Counted from the first letter of the stretch, positions 25,640 to 41,499 are shown. The stretch: DNA of 64,000 nt from Tubiluchus corallicola (GCA_030141605.1 JAQGDQ010000784.1:1-64000); one strand, 5' to 3'. A program made the numbers and translations. The notes: generated by a model from the letters alone, not told the origin.

Positions 25640-26072
25640 GTCATAACAATGTGTAGGCTGTGATACTGAGCCTGCGTGGGTGTAATGGGGGAATATTGTT
25701 TGTTTATAGTCAGCACAGTACAAATTAGTAATGAATATTACGCGCTTGTGTTTATGATTACACGCTCGGGTGTTGTAATGTGTAAACACAGGTAACTAGT
25801 AATTGCATTATGCCAAGCACGGGTTTCCCTCTGACGAATGTTTGCACAGGTAACATTGTAGGGGGCGTGTGTGGTCCTAGTTATCAGCAGCAAGAAGCCA
25901 GACATTATTAACGCTTTCAACAAACATTGCGCAAAAGTTGTTTTGGTCCCAACACCAACTCAGAAAAACACAGCGTTGTTTTACCTTCGATAATTATTAA
26001 TGGATCGCCGCGCGCAGGTATTTTTGGACAAGCAGTACGTAATGAACAGGTGTAGGCGGAAAATTGACTTAC

Positions 26073-26220
26073 CTGTGATACCGGGACACGTGCCAAGATA
26101 AACGTTTCGTGGAGAAAACTCGGAGATGACATTAAATGAAAAAACAAAAAAGGAAAAATGTCGTCAGTTATTTCCGGCCGCGGTCTCAAAAGAGAGGCGG
26201 AAAATGACAGCACTTTGACT
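26073..26220 (-). promoter_or_regulatory. Candidate promoter and non-coding first exon of the MFSD10-like gene
   Basis: Perfect donor CAG|GTAAGT at 26073/26072 on the minus strand; CpG-rich patch with an ETS-like CCGGAAAT and a CACGTG; the link to MFSD10 is inferred. Confidence 0.35.
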
Positions 26221-26847
26221 GTTGTTATTCAAAGGACACGAAATCGATTCAATAATACTTTCAGTTGAAACATGCTAACGATGGTCTAGCGGTCTGCAAA
26301 CTCAGTCTTTGCAAATGCTCGGTTTAAAACCGGGGCAGGTTCAATATAACAGGTATCAACTTCCACATTGTGCATCTGATACTAATTACACAGACTCAAC
26401 TTTCATCTACCCCCGCCCCTGACTCCATAAAACGATTAAAAATGTAAAATTTTAAAAAAAATTATGCAATGTAATACGTGTTATGTTAGTTTTGTAATTT
26501 CAAATGTATAAATAGTGTAAATTGAATGAGTGAAATTTATGTAATGTAAAGCATGTTTCTGTTAATTGTGTCATGTTAAATGTATATATAGTGTAAAATA
26601 TGTCATACGTGTTATGTCAGTTTTGTAATGTCAAATGTATAAATAGTGTAAATGTAATGAGTGAAATTTATGTAATGTAAAGCATGTTTCTGTTAATTGT
26701 GTCATGTTAAATGTATATATAGTGTAAAATATGTCATGTAAAATTTAATGTATTTTTGTAATATTGTTTTGTAAAATTAATTTTAATATGGTGTTTGTAA
26801 ATATGTTCATTTATTGTATATAATTAGACATTAGTTTTGCACTTTAG

Positions 26848-27830
26848 NNNNNNNNNNNNNNNNNNNNNNNNNNNNNNNNNNNNNNNNNNNNNNNNNNNNN
26901 NNNNNNNNNNNNNNNNNNNNNNNNNNNNNNNNNNNNNNNNNNNNNNNNNNNNNNNNNNNNNNNNNNNNNNNNNNNNNNNNNNNNNNNNNNNNNNNNNNNN
27001 NNNNNNNNNNNNNNNNNNNNNNNNNNNNNNNNNNNNNNNNNNNNNNNNNNNNNNNNNNNNNNNNNNNNNNNNNNNNNNNNNNNNNNNNNNNNNNNNNNNN
27101 NNNNNNNNNNNNNNNNNNNNNNNNNNNNNNNNNNNNNNNNNNNNNNNNNNNNNNNNNNNNNNNNNNNNNNNNNNNNNNNNNNNNNNNNNNNNNNNNNNNN
27201 NNNNNNNNNNNNNNNNNNNNNNNNNNNNNNNNNNNNNNNNNNNNNNNNNNNNNNNNNNNNNNNNNNNNNNNNNNNNNNNNNNNNNNNNNNNNNNNNNNNN
27301 NNNNNNNNNNNNNNNNNNNNNNNNNNNNNNNNNNNNNNNNNNNNNNNNNNNNNNNNNNNNNNNNNNNNNNNNNNNNNNNNNNNNNNNNNNNNNNNNNNNN
27401 NNNNNNNNNNNNNNNNNNNNNNNNNNNNNNNNNNNNNNNNNNNNNNNNNNNNNNNNNNNNNNNNNNNNNNNNNNNNNNNNNNNNNNNNNNNNNNNNNNNN
27501 NNNNNNNNNNNNNNNNNNNNNNNNNNNNNNNNNNNNNNNNNNNNNNNNNNNNNNNNNNNNNNNNNNNNNNNNNNNNNNNNNNNNNNNNNNNNNNNNNNNN
27601 NNNNNNNNNNNNNNNNNNNNNNNNNNNNNNNNNNNNNNNNNNNNNNNNNNNNNNNNNNNNNNNNNNNNNNNNNNNNNNNNNNNNNNNNNNNNNNNNNNNN
27701 NNNNNNNNNNNNNNNNNNNNNNNNNNNNNNNNNNNNNNNNNNNNNNNNNNNNNNNNNNNNNNNNNNNNNNNNNNNNNNNNNNNNNNNNNNNNNNNNNNNN
27801 NNNNNNNNNNNNNNNNNNNNNNNNNNNNNN
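26848..27830. other. Assembly gap
   Basis: Run of N; followed by (AGTA)n at 27831-28030. Confidence 0.99.
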
Positions 27831-27884
<54 letters not shown>

Positions 27885-28261
27885 CAAACAAGCAAGCAAG
27901 TAAGTAAGAAAGTAAGTAGGTAAGTAAGTAAGAAAGTAAGCATGCACGTATGTAAGCAAGTAAGTAAGCAGGTAAGCAAACAAACAAGCAAGAGGTAAGT
28001 AAGCATGTAAGTAGGCATATAAGTAAGTTTGGTTTTGTGTCAGGCGATCATATTAAATATCACAAAACAAAAACGTACAACAAGTATGCAAGAATTACAT
28101 AGCATTGAAAAAGTTGGAAGCATTCAAATTAGTAAATAATATTATTAATCCAAATGCCAGTCTTTGGGTCATTTTTTGTCTTGGCTGATTTCATGGACAG
28201 AATGAGGTTAACTTAACGCGATTTGATTGATTGGGCAATTTACCTAATCATCATCATCATC

Positions 28262-28309
<48 letters not shown>

Positions 28310-28734
28310 TATTATTATTATTACTATGCAATTTTCCAAAGCAAATTTAGCAAACACATTTGCGAGTTATTGAAATAAACTAACAGTGGAAAAAATCAAG
28401 CAATATTCATCAGCATATATGAGGTAACAGACCTACGTGTCGTCAATGAAGCTGTCAGCTGTTTGCTTGTTAATTTTAAGCCCATGCGTGTTAATTACAT
28501 ATGAAAGTTAAACAAGTTAGGCGACAACAAGCATCCCTGCCGTAACGATGATGTATTGAGACAAAACGCCTCGCTGTTTATCTCACTACACTTTGCTTAC
28601 TACAGTGTTGCCACACAAATAAGAATCGTATAATTTGAAAGTTTTAATCTAAAGCAATCCGTTCTACAGAACGTTCCAAAAGAAACAATGGAGTAGAAAT
28701 AAAATTATGACGAAATGGACCTAGACCTAGACAT

Positions 28735-29718
<984 letters not shown>

Positions 29719-30843
29719 AGTGCTATATTCTTGACGTTATTCGACTTCTCTTTTCGTCCCTGTATAACTTTACATCACTTTTATTAGACTTTATATTGGG
29801 TAATATTCATAGGCTTATAACATTTGTTGATGCACTGTTTTTTATAACACCCTGTATAATTTAGCTTATATGATTAATTTTATTAAATATATAATAACAA
29901 TCACTAATTTTGTCTGCAATGAAGTCATTATGATAATATATTGTATATATTTATATTGCAAATATATATATTGAAGTATGCATATCATACAGCCATATCA
30001 CACATATGGTTTTACAATGAATCACACTATTTCCTTAATTATTATGTCAATTTAGCCGCAACCACAGTTTCTGGGATTTTTCCTGGATGTGACCAGCCAT
30101 TGCAGGCTGTCCGGGGCTCAACGCTCGTCAAGCGTGAAACGTGCATTTCTGCAACAAGCTGCTTGTTTCAATGAAGCCATGCTGCTCTTTATGGCTTCTT
30201 TATGGCTGGCATTGTCCTCACACTTAACTCCTTAAATCCACATTGAAAACATTCGTGTTTTGGCGAATCGTAAAGCGTGGTTCATACTTGTTTATCAAGC
30301 GTACCCGGCATTCTTCAACTGAGACGGAAACACTGAATGAAAAACAAATTACAAAATTAAGCTGTTTCGTTAATAAAACTCTGACTACAGCTAGAACAGA
30401 AACTTACATTTTCTGAAAGCATAAAGGCTTAGTAGGTGTGCAGATTGAACTCATTGCACTCGTTCTGTAACGTCTCGGCAACATTAGTAACTTTGTTAGA
30501 AACTTTATAGAAAATTTAACATAAATCTTTCTTGTTTATTAATCTGTTTATTCACAAAGACAGCTGCCATGATAAGTCTAGAGAATGTAACGCCAAGTGG
30601 CTTGCCCGCTAAAAACAGTGAGGGGAAACCTTAGTGAGCACAAACATTAAAATATGAACCATAGATAAGAACACGTCACAGGTTCAATTAATTTTTCGGA
30701 CATTTTTGCAAGTAAGCACCAATTCTGCACTAAAATCTGTCACTCCAACTTCTACGTGTTCAGCAATTGTTTTCTGGATGGCGATACCAAAGCTGTAATA
30801 TATTTATATTTTACAAGTTCTATAGCATGTTTGTATGTTATAG

Positions 30844-31303
30844 CAGGGGTGTGCAAATTGCGGCCCGCAAAGAGATTTGTCAACCTAATGAAAGTGCGGC
30901 CCGGGCGATTAATTGAGTGTATCCAGCTGAAGTCCGTGTCACGATCCCAAAGATAGTGCGGGTAGTTTTTTCTACTAGATCGGATACCATTAACCCTTAC
31001 AAGACGGTTGTAGCTTAATGTCACTGTACTACACAGACTGTGTGATACACATTACTAATATGCATTGTAATGAAATTACCACTATCTGTCCTAAAAGTAG
31101 AAATACATGGTTTGTAATATAAATTTTAATAACTTCTAAAATACTTTCTTGAGTGTAGTAGTAATGATGTGCGCAGGTCGGATGCAAAAAAATGGTTATT
31201 AGGCCTTACTGTACTTGGTTCCTTGATAAAACTGCCTGTGACCCGCAGGAATTGCGGGAAAGTTTAATGTGACCCGGCTAGTCAGATAATTTGCACACCC
31301 CTG
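30844..31303 (+). mobile_element. hAT MITE family A, copy 4
   Basis: TIRs and 8-bp TSD TGTTATAG. Confidence 0.95.
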
Positions 31304-33935
31304 TGTTATAGTATTCAAGCATACACTGCCTTCCGTTGTGGAAAATGACATAGCAGGCTAAATGGAGCCTTTCTAATTCCTACTTACAACAAAAACTAGA
31401 TCAATGTATTTAAACGGCAGAGTTAATCCAGTTTTCTTGTAACTGGTTAAGGACTTTTTCTCTCATACATGATTATTTACCTCTCACTGGCCTTGCAAAA
31501 ATCCCCGGCCATAATCATCAATAATTAACAGTCAATGGGGCGTTTGAAAACTTGCTATAGGGTTAGCTTAGTTTTACGAGAGATTTTCGAGAGTTTATTT
31601 CGAATGAACGGCCATTTTCCGATATGGTTTCCGCGTAAGGCGGCGTTCCAGGTAAGATTAGCTGATAACGCATGCACAGCGGCACGCAGTCTACCGAGTC
31701 TGCTGCCCAGATGAAACCAGTACTGAAGCCACGCAGTCTGGGGAAAATGAGGGAGTCTGGGGTACCTTCCAGCATAGCGGATATCCTTAATAAAGTTTTA
31801 GACTTCATGGAATGAAATAATTGAGTTGGTGATGATGATTATGATGATAATAAAATGAAAATTTGAGACATACTCAAAGCCACGCTGTCTGTGTAGAGAG
31901 ACCGGAAACGCTCGTCTGGAGAAGCCAGGATGTACTGACGTACGAATTTTCTTAAGTAACAAACTTTTTAGATACGTAAAATAAATTAATAATAGATTGC
32001 ATTATTATCGATGATAATCGTGACGACAATGACGATGACGATAAAAAAGATGGTTATAGACGACAATATTGCGCAGTAATGGACGGGGTAACATTTTCAC
32101 GAGCTGATACAATTTGAAATCATTTTGTCAATCAAACTCCGGTAAAATACAATCATATCTTAATAACAAGTAGCTGATTTATTTTAGAATTTTGATGAAT
32201 TAAGACGGTGGTGACGACGAAGGCAAGATTCAAGACTCGTTTATTCCACTTAAGGTAACACATAACAGCTGTCAATGTTATAGTATAAAATAATGTAAAT
32301 TTAGACTTTAACAATTATTTAGTTACAATTAACAGTGTGAATAAGGTGAGGAAATTTACAATAACAAATTTGTGTCACCAAATCCCCCTGAAGCTTGGCT
32401 TGACGGGAAATTTAAAGCGCAAGAAAATCCTCCATTTATATCAAGCTCAAAAAATTCGTCTTGAAATTTTACACGACTTACATAATGACTTTTTGCATGC
32501 AGGGCTTGTACATTTAAACTCCTGCGATGACTGTTAGGCGCAGCCATTTTGGTGGTGGTTCATTTAAAAAAAGTTTAGATAACATTAAGTAAAGTTTGAA
32601 AAAATAATCATACAGCATTCGTAGTGCACACATCACTAGCTAAGTAAAATTTTAAATTACTGTATCTTGTGAATAAGATTAAAAATACGTTTTTGGCTAG
32701 TGAGTGGTGCACCCTGGAGGAGGGTGAGTCAGCGACATTTTACCAATTGGTGAAAACATTTTAAATAATTAATAATTTTCTTTTCTAGTTACATAAGTCT
32801 TTGCAGCAGGTAAGCGATATGCCAAGTAATATTAAATTTGCGTGAAAAAATTTTTGGGACATAGTTTAACATTTTCTTTTGTGTCCCTGATTTACGTTGT
32901 GCGTATATGACGTCGCGTAATGGCGCCCCCGCAACAATGTTGTGGGAGATTTAAAATGAAAACAAACAAAAATTCCTCTTAACGCGAGTACGATATACGC
33001 ATAAAATTGCTATATAGTAAAATAATGTTTTAAGGCAATTTTTCTGAAGCCTAATCAGGTGCCTCTTTTCTTGTCTTTTAACAAGCAAAAATGAGTCAAA
33101 TCAACAGCTGTTGATGAAGATGGCAAAGTTTGAGACTCTCAGATTTGCATCACAGGTTGACAGAGACAAACGCAATCGTTACACAAGGTCAGATTCATGT
33201 TCATAGACAGGACAGATTGATAAAGAAAAGCAAAATTGTAGTCTAGCAAGCTAGGGTTATGTTGCTAAGCGGAACTCTTGTCGTAAAAGTTAAAATTTTA
33301 CTTTGGTTAATTCAAAGAATTCAAATAGGCAAATTACTGATATGACTCAGATGATTATATTGAGCGAATAAGTTGATGAGCCCACAGCCATGCCGTCTGT
33401 GAAGCCCTTACTTAATCAGGCAGTGAAGACAGGCAGTCTAGCAAAATGAAGCCATTCTTGTTGGAAATACGGGCTATCTTAGATATGCGGATTCTCGTAA
33501 TAAAATTTAAAACTTCGTGGAATTAACGAGTGAAATTACTGGCAATACTGATTGTAACACTTGCACATGTCGGCGGTACCTTGCAAGGCTGGTGTATAAA
33601 TTTATTGAATCGGCAAAATTGCGGAAGTTGAAAAAATTATCAAGCATATGTTTTATTATCTGCAAGTGCAGCACGGAAGATGTTTGACTGTTTATATGGC
33701 GTCTACATTCCCGACTGATAAAAACAATTCGTAACGTCACAAACGACCTCTCATAATTTCAAAAACGGCCCAATTGTAAAACATATTCGCTAAAACGATT
33801 CCAAATTTTTGACTAGTTACTGGAAATTTTCGTGTTTTTGTAGTGAAAGTCAAATAATAGTCACAGGGTGTGAAGAGATAAAGGATGTTGAACTTGCAAG
33901 GTACTAAAATTCGTATTTGGTAAAATGGGCAGAAC

Positions 33936-33937
<2 letters not shown>

Positions 33938-34008
<71 letters not shown>

Positions 34009-34029
34009 AGGGAGAGAAAGACAGAGAGG

Positions 34030-34061
<32 letters not shown>

Positions 34062-34522
34062 AAGAGAGGGAGGGAGAGAGAGAGAGGGAGGAAGAGAGAG
34101 CGAGAGAGAGAGAGAGAAAAAGAGAGAGAGGGAGAGAGAAAGAGAGAAAACGAAGAAGAGAGAAGGGAGAGAAAGAAAGGAAGAGAGAGAGGGGGAGGGG
34201 ACAGGGAGAGAAAGAGAGAGATAGAGAAAGAGAGAGAAAGAGAAAGAGGGAGAGAATAAGAGAGATCGAGACAGACACACAGAGAGAACGATATATAGAG
34301 AGAAAAAGAGAAACAGAAAGACAGAGAGAGAGAGAGACGAAGGAATAGAAAGAGAGAAAAACGAAAACGAGAGGGGAAAGAGAAAGAAAGAGAGAGAGGG
34401 GGAAGAAAGAAGGAGAAAGAGAGAGAGGGGGAGGCGGGCAGGGAGAGAAAAAGAAAAAAGAGAGAGACCGAAAAAGAAAGAGGGGAGAGAAAGGGAGAAA
34501 GAAAGAGAGAGAAAGGGAGAGA

Positions 34523-34553
<31 letters not shown>

Positions 34554-34590
34554 CAAGAGAGAGATAGAGGGGAGTTGAGAAGGAGAGTGG
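33938..34590. repeat. GA-rich polypurine tract
   Basis: Direct reading. Confidence 0.95.
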
Positions 34591-35199
34591 GTGAAGAACA
34601 GATAGACAAACCAAACAACTTATTATTCTGTCAATACCTAGGTGCAAAATGCAGCATTTCGACGGATTCATATTTGTATGACGTCATTCAACGAGTGACG
34701 ACAGAATTTTTAAGACGACCAGTTTTGATTTCAAAAAGAATTTCCGATTATGTTTGAAGACGTGACGGCGTCGATTCAGGGATTAATAGTTAAACGCTAC
34801 GCGACCGATAAAACGTCGTTCAAGTGCAGAAAGTTAGTGAATTTTTCAGCGCTTGTGTCACACGGAAATTAGGCGGGCACATAGCCTAGTGGGTACGACA
34901 TCATACTTGGCGTCCGAGGCTGGTCAGTTGATGGATAGCTGAACAGCGGCTATTTCGCTAATGCCGTATTTGAGCTTTCGGCCTCAGCGTTAACCAACTT
35001 CATGATTTTATTAAGCTGAAACAGCTACTGAGGATTATAGTGAAAAAACGTGGGATTTTTAATGAGATTTTTTCGGGGTGGGAGGGTGGACAGCTTCTAT
35101 TTAATCACCACTAGGGGTGGACGACATTAAAAAGGTTGAACACCACTGGTGTAGAGGAGAGTATATTATATTAAATTTACATTTTACAAAATCATAAAC

Positions 35200-35730
35200 T
35201 ACATTTATAGAAAAGCATTAGAATTATTGCATATGATGAAGATCTTACACTGTTAACTAAAACAACAATTTTGTAAATTTCGTTTTATAAAACACTCAGT
35301 AATGAATTTCGACACTAAACTTGTCATTCAAAAATCACTATCTAATAACAGCAAAATAATTTTTTGGTCCATAAGTAGATTAATAAAAGCAGGAAAATTT
35401 TTTCGTAGCAGAAATGAATAAATTTGACCTTATATCACACTAATTTTTGCAGTCAAGTTCAAAATGCATTTCATCTTCAATTTTTCCTTCATTACAATGT
35501 TCATACATTCGATTGTCAACGGATATTTTGGGTATACAATGTCGGCCTTTTTTATGTACAAGTTGTCAGAACTGATACCCAGTTTAGTAAAGTTCGATCT
35601 TAGTGCATGATTATGTACAAAAGACAGGTACTTTTCCACTTCAAATTCTAGCTTGAATTTTGTATAAGTTCGTAGTTTATTAGTTTTCCCTGTTTTGCCC
35701 GTTTCTTTTGTAATACGTTCCTTCCTGTAA
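35200..35730 (-). mobile_element. Degraded LINE 3' fragment
   Basis: NKLRTYTKFK..FEVEKYL...R..FTKLGISSDNL.I, then a frameshifted EDEMHF motif. Confidence 0.65.
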
Positions 35731-35949
35731 ATTTTATTGTTAGTGTGTAAGAGTGTGTAAACAAGCTTGGCATTTCTGTCAAAACAAGCAAGAACTACAA
35801 ACATCCACTCGTTCAGCTGGTTTTGATTGCACTGTTGGCTATGACCATCCTGCCAGTAACCAATGACTTTAATGTCTTTTGTAACCCTTAAAGAAACCAG
35901 TTTCAGTTAATTAAATGGAGCCTGAGCATTATTGATAATTAAACTCCTC

Positions 35950-36735
35950 TGAACAATTGCTCCACATTCGTGAAGTTACATCCATTTCACACTTCAAACA
36001 AGAGCTCAAATCTTATTTAAGTTTTTCGTTGCGTAAGAAACATTTTTCATTTGGTAAACCTCCAATTTCAGTGCATCATACGCGCACGGGAGTCGGATTT
36101 TCTCAGCTAAACTATGACCTTTTCTCTAAAGGCTGTAAAGATAATAACGGTCATCCAATATTGCCAAATTGTAACTGTGGATTTCGATTTGAGTCTGTTG
36201 AACACTTTTTGTTGCACTGCCTATTGTATCAACAAACTAGGGTTGTTAGGTTTAATAAATTAAATGCAATACTTCTGCCTGAAAACCTTAATATAGCTGC
36301 CTTAGGAACTAATGATCTGTTGAAGTTGTTATTATTCGGAAAAGATGAATTTAACTCTGTTGCTAACTGTAAAATATTCCAATGTATACATGACTTTATA
36401 TTATATACTAAACGCTTCCAGTAGTTTTTATTTGATATGAGATGCATCAGTCTTAAATATTCGTACATTAATATTTTCTAACCGTCTTTTTCTACTAATG
36501 TCGAATGTAATCTTGTAGTAAAACTTGTCAGCTTGTGTAGTTATAGTCTATTATTACTGTAAATGTTACTAATGTCTAATGTAATCTTGTAGTAAAACTT
36601 GACAGCTTGTGTAGTTATAGTCAATTCTTACTGTAAATGTTTTTGTAAATAGTGTATAAAGTCTGTTGTGATGAGGATCCTAAATCATGTTGTTCATACT
36701 GTCTGAAATCCTAAATAAATTGCGTTTAAACTAAC
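35950..36735 (+). mobile_element. LINE 3' fragment with C-terminal CxCG..ESVEHFLLHC motif
   Basis: ORF 35957-36424 and a 3'UTR ending at AATAAA. Confidence 0.8.
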
Positions 36736-37080
36736 AATTGATCCTACCCCTTTAACTCTCTTCACTTCCATTCATATTTTGCTCCGCCAAGCAGCTCCGC
36801 CCACATGCATTAAACTGTAAATGCACTTACCGAACCCATTAAAAACATAATTACTTTTGCATAATAGTTGTGATAGTTCAATATGTCATTACCTTCTGGT
36901 TTTGGTAACTACACATTCTTAAAAGTTCAAATATTTATGACTTTATATAAATATGAATACACTTTGTGTAATCGCTCTGCGTTTGAAGTTTTTATTATTA
37001 CTGTGTCAGATCTTACTCGCTTCAGTCCTCAAAAATTTTCTGAACCAGAGCACCTCTATAGTCTACAACATAGCAGCCGA

Positions 37081-38028
37081 GTTAGTTTAAACGCAATTTA
37101 TTTAGGATTGGATCAGACAGTTTGAACAACATGATTTAGGGTCCTCACCACAACAGACTTTATACACTATTTACAAGAACATTTACAGTAAGAATAGATT
37201 ATAACTGCACAAGCTGACAAGTTTTACTACAAGAATACATTAGACATTAGTAACATTTACAGTAAGAATAGACTATAACTACACAAGCTGACAAGTTCTA
37301 CTACAAGATTACATTAGACATTAGTAACATTTACAGTAAGAATAGACTATACCTACACAAGCTCACAAGTTTTACTACAAGATTACATTAGACATTAGTA
37401 ACATTTACAGTAAGAATAGACTATAATTACACAAGCAGACAAGTTTTACTACAAGATTACATTAGACATTAGTAACATTTACAGTAATAATAGACTATAA
37501 TTACACAAGCTGACAAGTTTTACTACAAGATTACATTCGACATTAGTAGAAAAAGACGGTTAGAAAATATTAATGTACGAATATTTAAGACTGATGCATT
37601 TCATATCAGATAGAAACTACTGGAAGCATTTAGTACGTAATACAAAGTCATGTATGCATTGGAATATTTTACAGTTAGCAACAGAGTTAAATTCATCTTT
37701 TCCGAATAATACCAACTTCAACAGATCATTAGTTCCTAAGGCAACTATATCAAGGTTTTCAGGCAGAAGTATTTCATTTAGCTTATCCAACATAACAACC
37801 CTAGTTTGTTGATACAATGGGTAGTGCAACAAAAAGTGTTCAACAGACTCAAGTCGAAATCCACAGTTACAATTCGGCAATATTGGATGACCGTCATTAT
37901 CTTTACAGCCTTTAGAGAAAAGGTCATAGTTTAGCTGAGAAAATCCGATTCTCATGCGCGTATGATGCACTGATATTGGAGGTTTACCAAATGAAAAATG
38001 TTTCTTACGCTATGAAAGACTTAAATGA
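37081..38028 (-). mobile_element. Inverted copy of the LINE fragment at 35950-36735
   Basis: ORF 37617-37970 homologous; internal UTR unit amplified in tandem at ~37180-37550. Confidence 0.8.
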
Positions 38029-39511
38029 GCAGCAGAGTTATCGTTGAGTCGACTGCCGAAACGCCCCCGCCAACTACTTGTTGATACAAATTTCTGACAT
38101 TTTTGTCTAAAATCGGATCTGACCAATTTGTTTCTGTTATTAGAGAGTTCACTCGCAACTAAAATAGCAGTCTCACGGCTATAATTGGCTTCTCATTTAT
38201 GAGTTTGGATGGCAAGGAATGTTGCCTGTCTCGCTTTCTTAAGTTTCCAGTCATATACGCTCTTTGCGCGCGTTAAGAAATCACCGCTGTTAAAGACGCA
38301 CCGCCGAACCGGAAGTGATGTCAAAGTTGCATGCTACACCGTTCGAAGATAAAGATGCAATTTGCAAAAAATGTTTGTTCGAACTGAGTGCGCACGTATA
38401 AAAGTTTTTTAATAAACCACTTCGGAAACAGTTTATTTGTAGCACTAACGAAGCCACGTGACGCTGTATAAATTCTCTTTGAACAAAATCATAAAAAAAG
38501 GTCAACGTAGGCTCAGTCGGCAGTCTACGGTCTAAAGGAAACTTGACAGATGTCATTCATGTAGAGCAATGAGACCGGAAAATTATACTAGTAAAACGTT
38601 AAAATGAAGCTGTAAAGTGTATTATTGCGCTCGGAAGTAAAGCATTTTTACGTTTAGCGAAGTTAAATTTGTCACATTTTATGACATAGTCTGATTTTAT
38701 ATTATTATGGTATCCATTTTTAGTCTCGCTAACAACTCAAAAAGCAGGTCGTGTCACTTTGTGTTATTGCATATAAGATATGCAATCGTATCAACGTAAG
38801 AGACAAATTGGAAGTCTGTCCTATCGGAAGTCTTCTGTCCTCTACGTACTCCTCTAGGAAGACCTTTTGTCTTCCTGGAAGTCCTCTATCCTCTTGGAAG
38901 TCTTCAATCATTTTGGAAGTCCACTATGAAAACCTTTGTCTTCTAGGAAGTCCTTTGTCATCTTGGATGTCCTCTGTCCTATTGGAAGTTTTCTGTCTTC
39001 TAGGATGTCCTCTAAAGAGTCATCTATCTTCTTGGGAAGTCCTCCAGGAAGACCTTTGTGTTCTAGGTAGTCCTCTAAAAAACAGGTAGTGTCAGCTTTG
39101 TGGTAATATCATATAATATCATATAAGATATGCAATCGTATCAACGTAAGAGATAAATGCAGAATGTGCTATGGGGTTTGTACAAGTGGGGTTGCTACTA
39201 AGATATTAGCACCGACCAAAATCCCATATCACACTTGTCGAAATAGGTGCCCAAAACAGTGGTGTAGGTGCAGATTTACACCATGTTCATAGCTTACTTA
39301 TGAATGCCTTTAGTTTCATCAACTGCGGGATAATTTCAACATTCCAGAGCTGCCCCACTGGTAACCAAGCCATCAGCGAAGGTGCAACGAGGTTGCAGTA
39401 CTGGCGCAAGTACCCGAAATCTCATGCACTTACTATAGTTATAATCTCTCACTAAACGTGTTATTGGTAATTTATCTTTTTCTGAAAGGTTGACCACCTT
39501 GACTTCTTTAA

Positions 39512-39913
39512 CCCTTTCAGAACCAAATTATTTTTTAATAAGAAAAACATTTTTTGGCTTGGTACTTTTATTCAGTATGTCCATCTTGTTTACACATAAT
39601 AATTTTTTTCTACCTGTGCCCGCGTGCTAAACATAGCCTGTATCCCACGGGATACATTGGGATTCAATGGAAGCATAAAATGTGCTTCATTTTGCAACTG
39701 CTGATAATTTTTTAAAGTATTTAAGATATTTAGTATGCATGCCATGCTGATCTGTACAAAGTCATCTCTAAAGTACTGTACCTTGCGCAGTTTTTTATGC
39801 TATGTAGATTTTTTAGTTTGCCATTTTATCACCATTTTTAGTCTATTGTTATTTTCTTAAATCAAAATAACTATTAACAGATGTACCCACGGGATACAAT
39901 GGGCATGAAAGGG
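39512..39913 (-). mobile_element. piggyBac-like MITE, copy 2 (inverted, internal deletion)
   Basis: TTAA TSD; reverse complement of 19321-19780. Confidence 0.88.
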
Positions 39914-41499
39914 TTAATAGTGGACTAAATAAAAGTAGCAGGCGCATTAATGATTCAGAGCAAGATTTACTTCCACTACAAAAACAAATTTAATCTGAAT
40001 CAAAAATGCACGTTTTTTCAACGTTCCACGTGTTCGACGAGTACATCCTAAATCTGCTCTTTTGAGGAAAACGAGTTAACACTTTTTCTGCAACCGTTCT
40101 ACTGGAAAAGAAGCCATCGCATGCTTGTAGCTAGAAGTTAAGAAGCCATAGATTCGTACCACACACCCAGCTAAATCACCTCTTTATCTCTGCTGCATGC
40201 AAGAAATACACGTTTATGATTCTGCCAGGTCGTATAGTTGCATGCCAAGTTCAGGCTGACTCAGTGTTTCCACTTGCCAACAGCATTCTTGGAGGTTCCA
40301 CTTTTTGAGCAGCTAATTGAAGCCATTCGCGTGGGAGGTAAATCCCTGTTCTCTCCAGGGTGAAAGGCTCTATATTAATGTTTGATGTTTAAGTGTGGTT
40401 TATGACCTTCCCTTCACCGGGGAGCTTAAGTGGGAAATCTTTCCGAAAAGAGGCGCGTAGGAGTAATGCTCCAGATTAGAAGAACTCCATATCATGGCCA
40501 TTTTGATAACCTTACAAAGGAGATATGGGAGATCTTCGTCAATATAACAACTAATGGAGGTCAATTAAGAATTGCTGAGAACGCAATTTTTTGCACCAAA
40601 TTAGAAGAACTCCATATTATGGCCATTTTAATGACCTTACAAAAGAAATATGGGACATCTTCGTCAATATAACACCTAATGGGGTCAATTAATAATCGCT
40701 AAGAACGCAATTTTGGTGCTTTCTGACATCTGAATTTTATAAAACTATTTGGGTATATAGGTATATAATACATAGAATTTTTCATTTTATATTACCGTTT
40801 CACAATAAAACTATTTAAAGCGATTTGCCAAAAATATGTGTATAAGATCTACCGTCTAAACAACAAAATCTCACAAATTTAATTTTTACGTCAAATACAT
40901 ATTCATCGCAGTAAAACAAAATTATTCGTCGAAAAAACTGTCCCTAAAAGTTCAGTATTCAGATCTTGTTTACAATGTTAATGTGGGCAGTAACAGCCAT
41001 GCAGTGTGGGCAACTTATTCCGTCTTAATTCTGGAGCTATAACCTGAAAAAGCCCTGACACTGTTTCAGTATCCTTTAATCGCATTGCGCATGCGTCAGC
41101 TAAGGATGACATTTCGCCTCTCTGAGTATACGTACCCATCCATCCATCCAGTGCCTAAATCCCTTTTATATCAGGGCGAGTACCAATGTATATTGTACTA
41201 CTAGGCTTTTTAAAATAATATGATTTCTACTCGAAAATGCTAAGGCGCACATATATACTTGCTCTAATGATTCACTATGCTTCTTCTTTTGACCACTATG
41301 TCGTTCAGTAGGCAGACTGCATAAATTTTTCCCTCTCCAAATAACAACCATCTCAATCATTCTTCATCAGTTACTCCTTGCCAAGGGACATAGACATAGA
41401 CATAGACATAGACATAGACATAGACATAGACATAGACATAGACATAGACATAGACATAGACATAGACATAGACATAGACATAGACATAGACATAGACAT

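Noticed and set aside
31671-31815. 47-codon ORF MHSGTQ...LDFME in a GC-richer patch
   Set aside because: No recognisable homology, no partner exons and no promoter support
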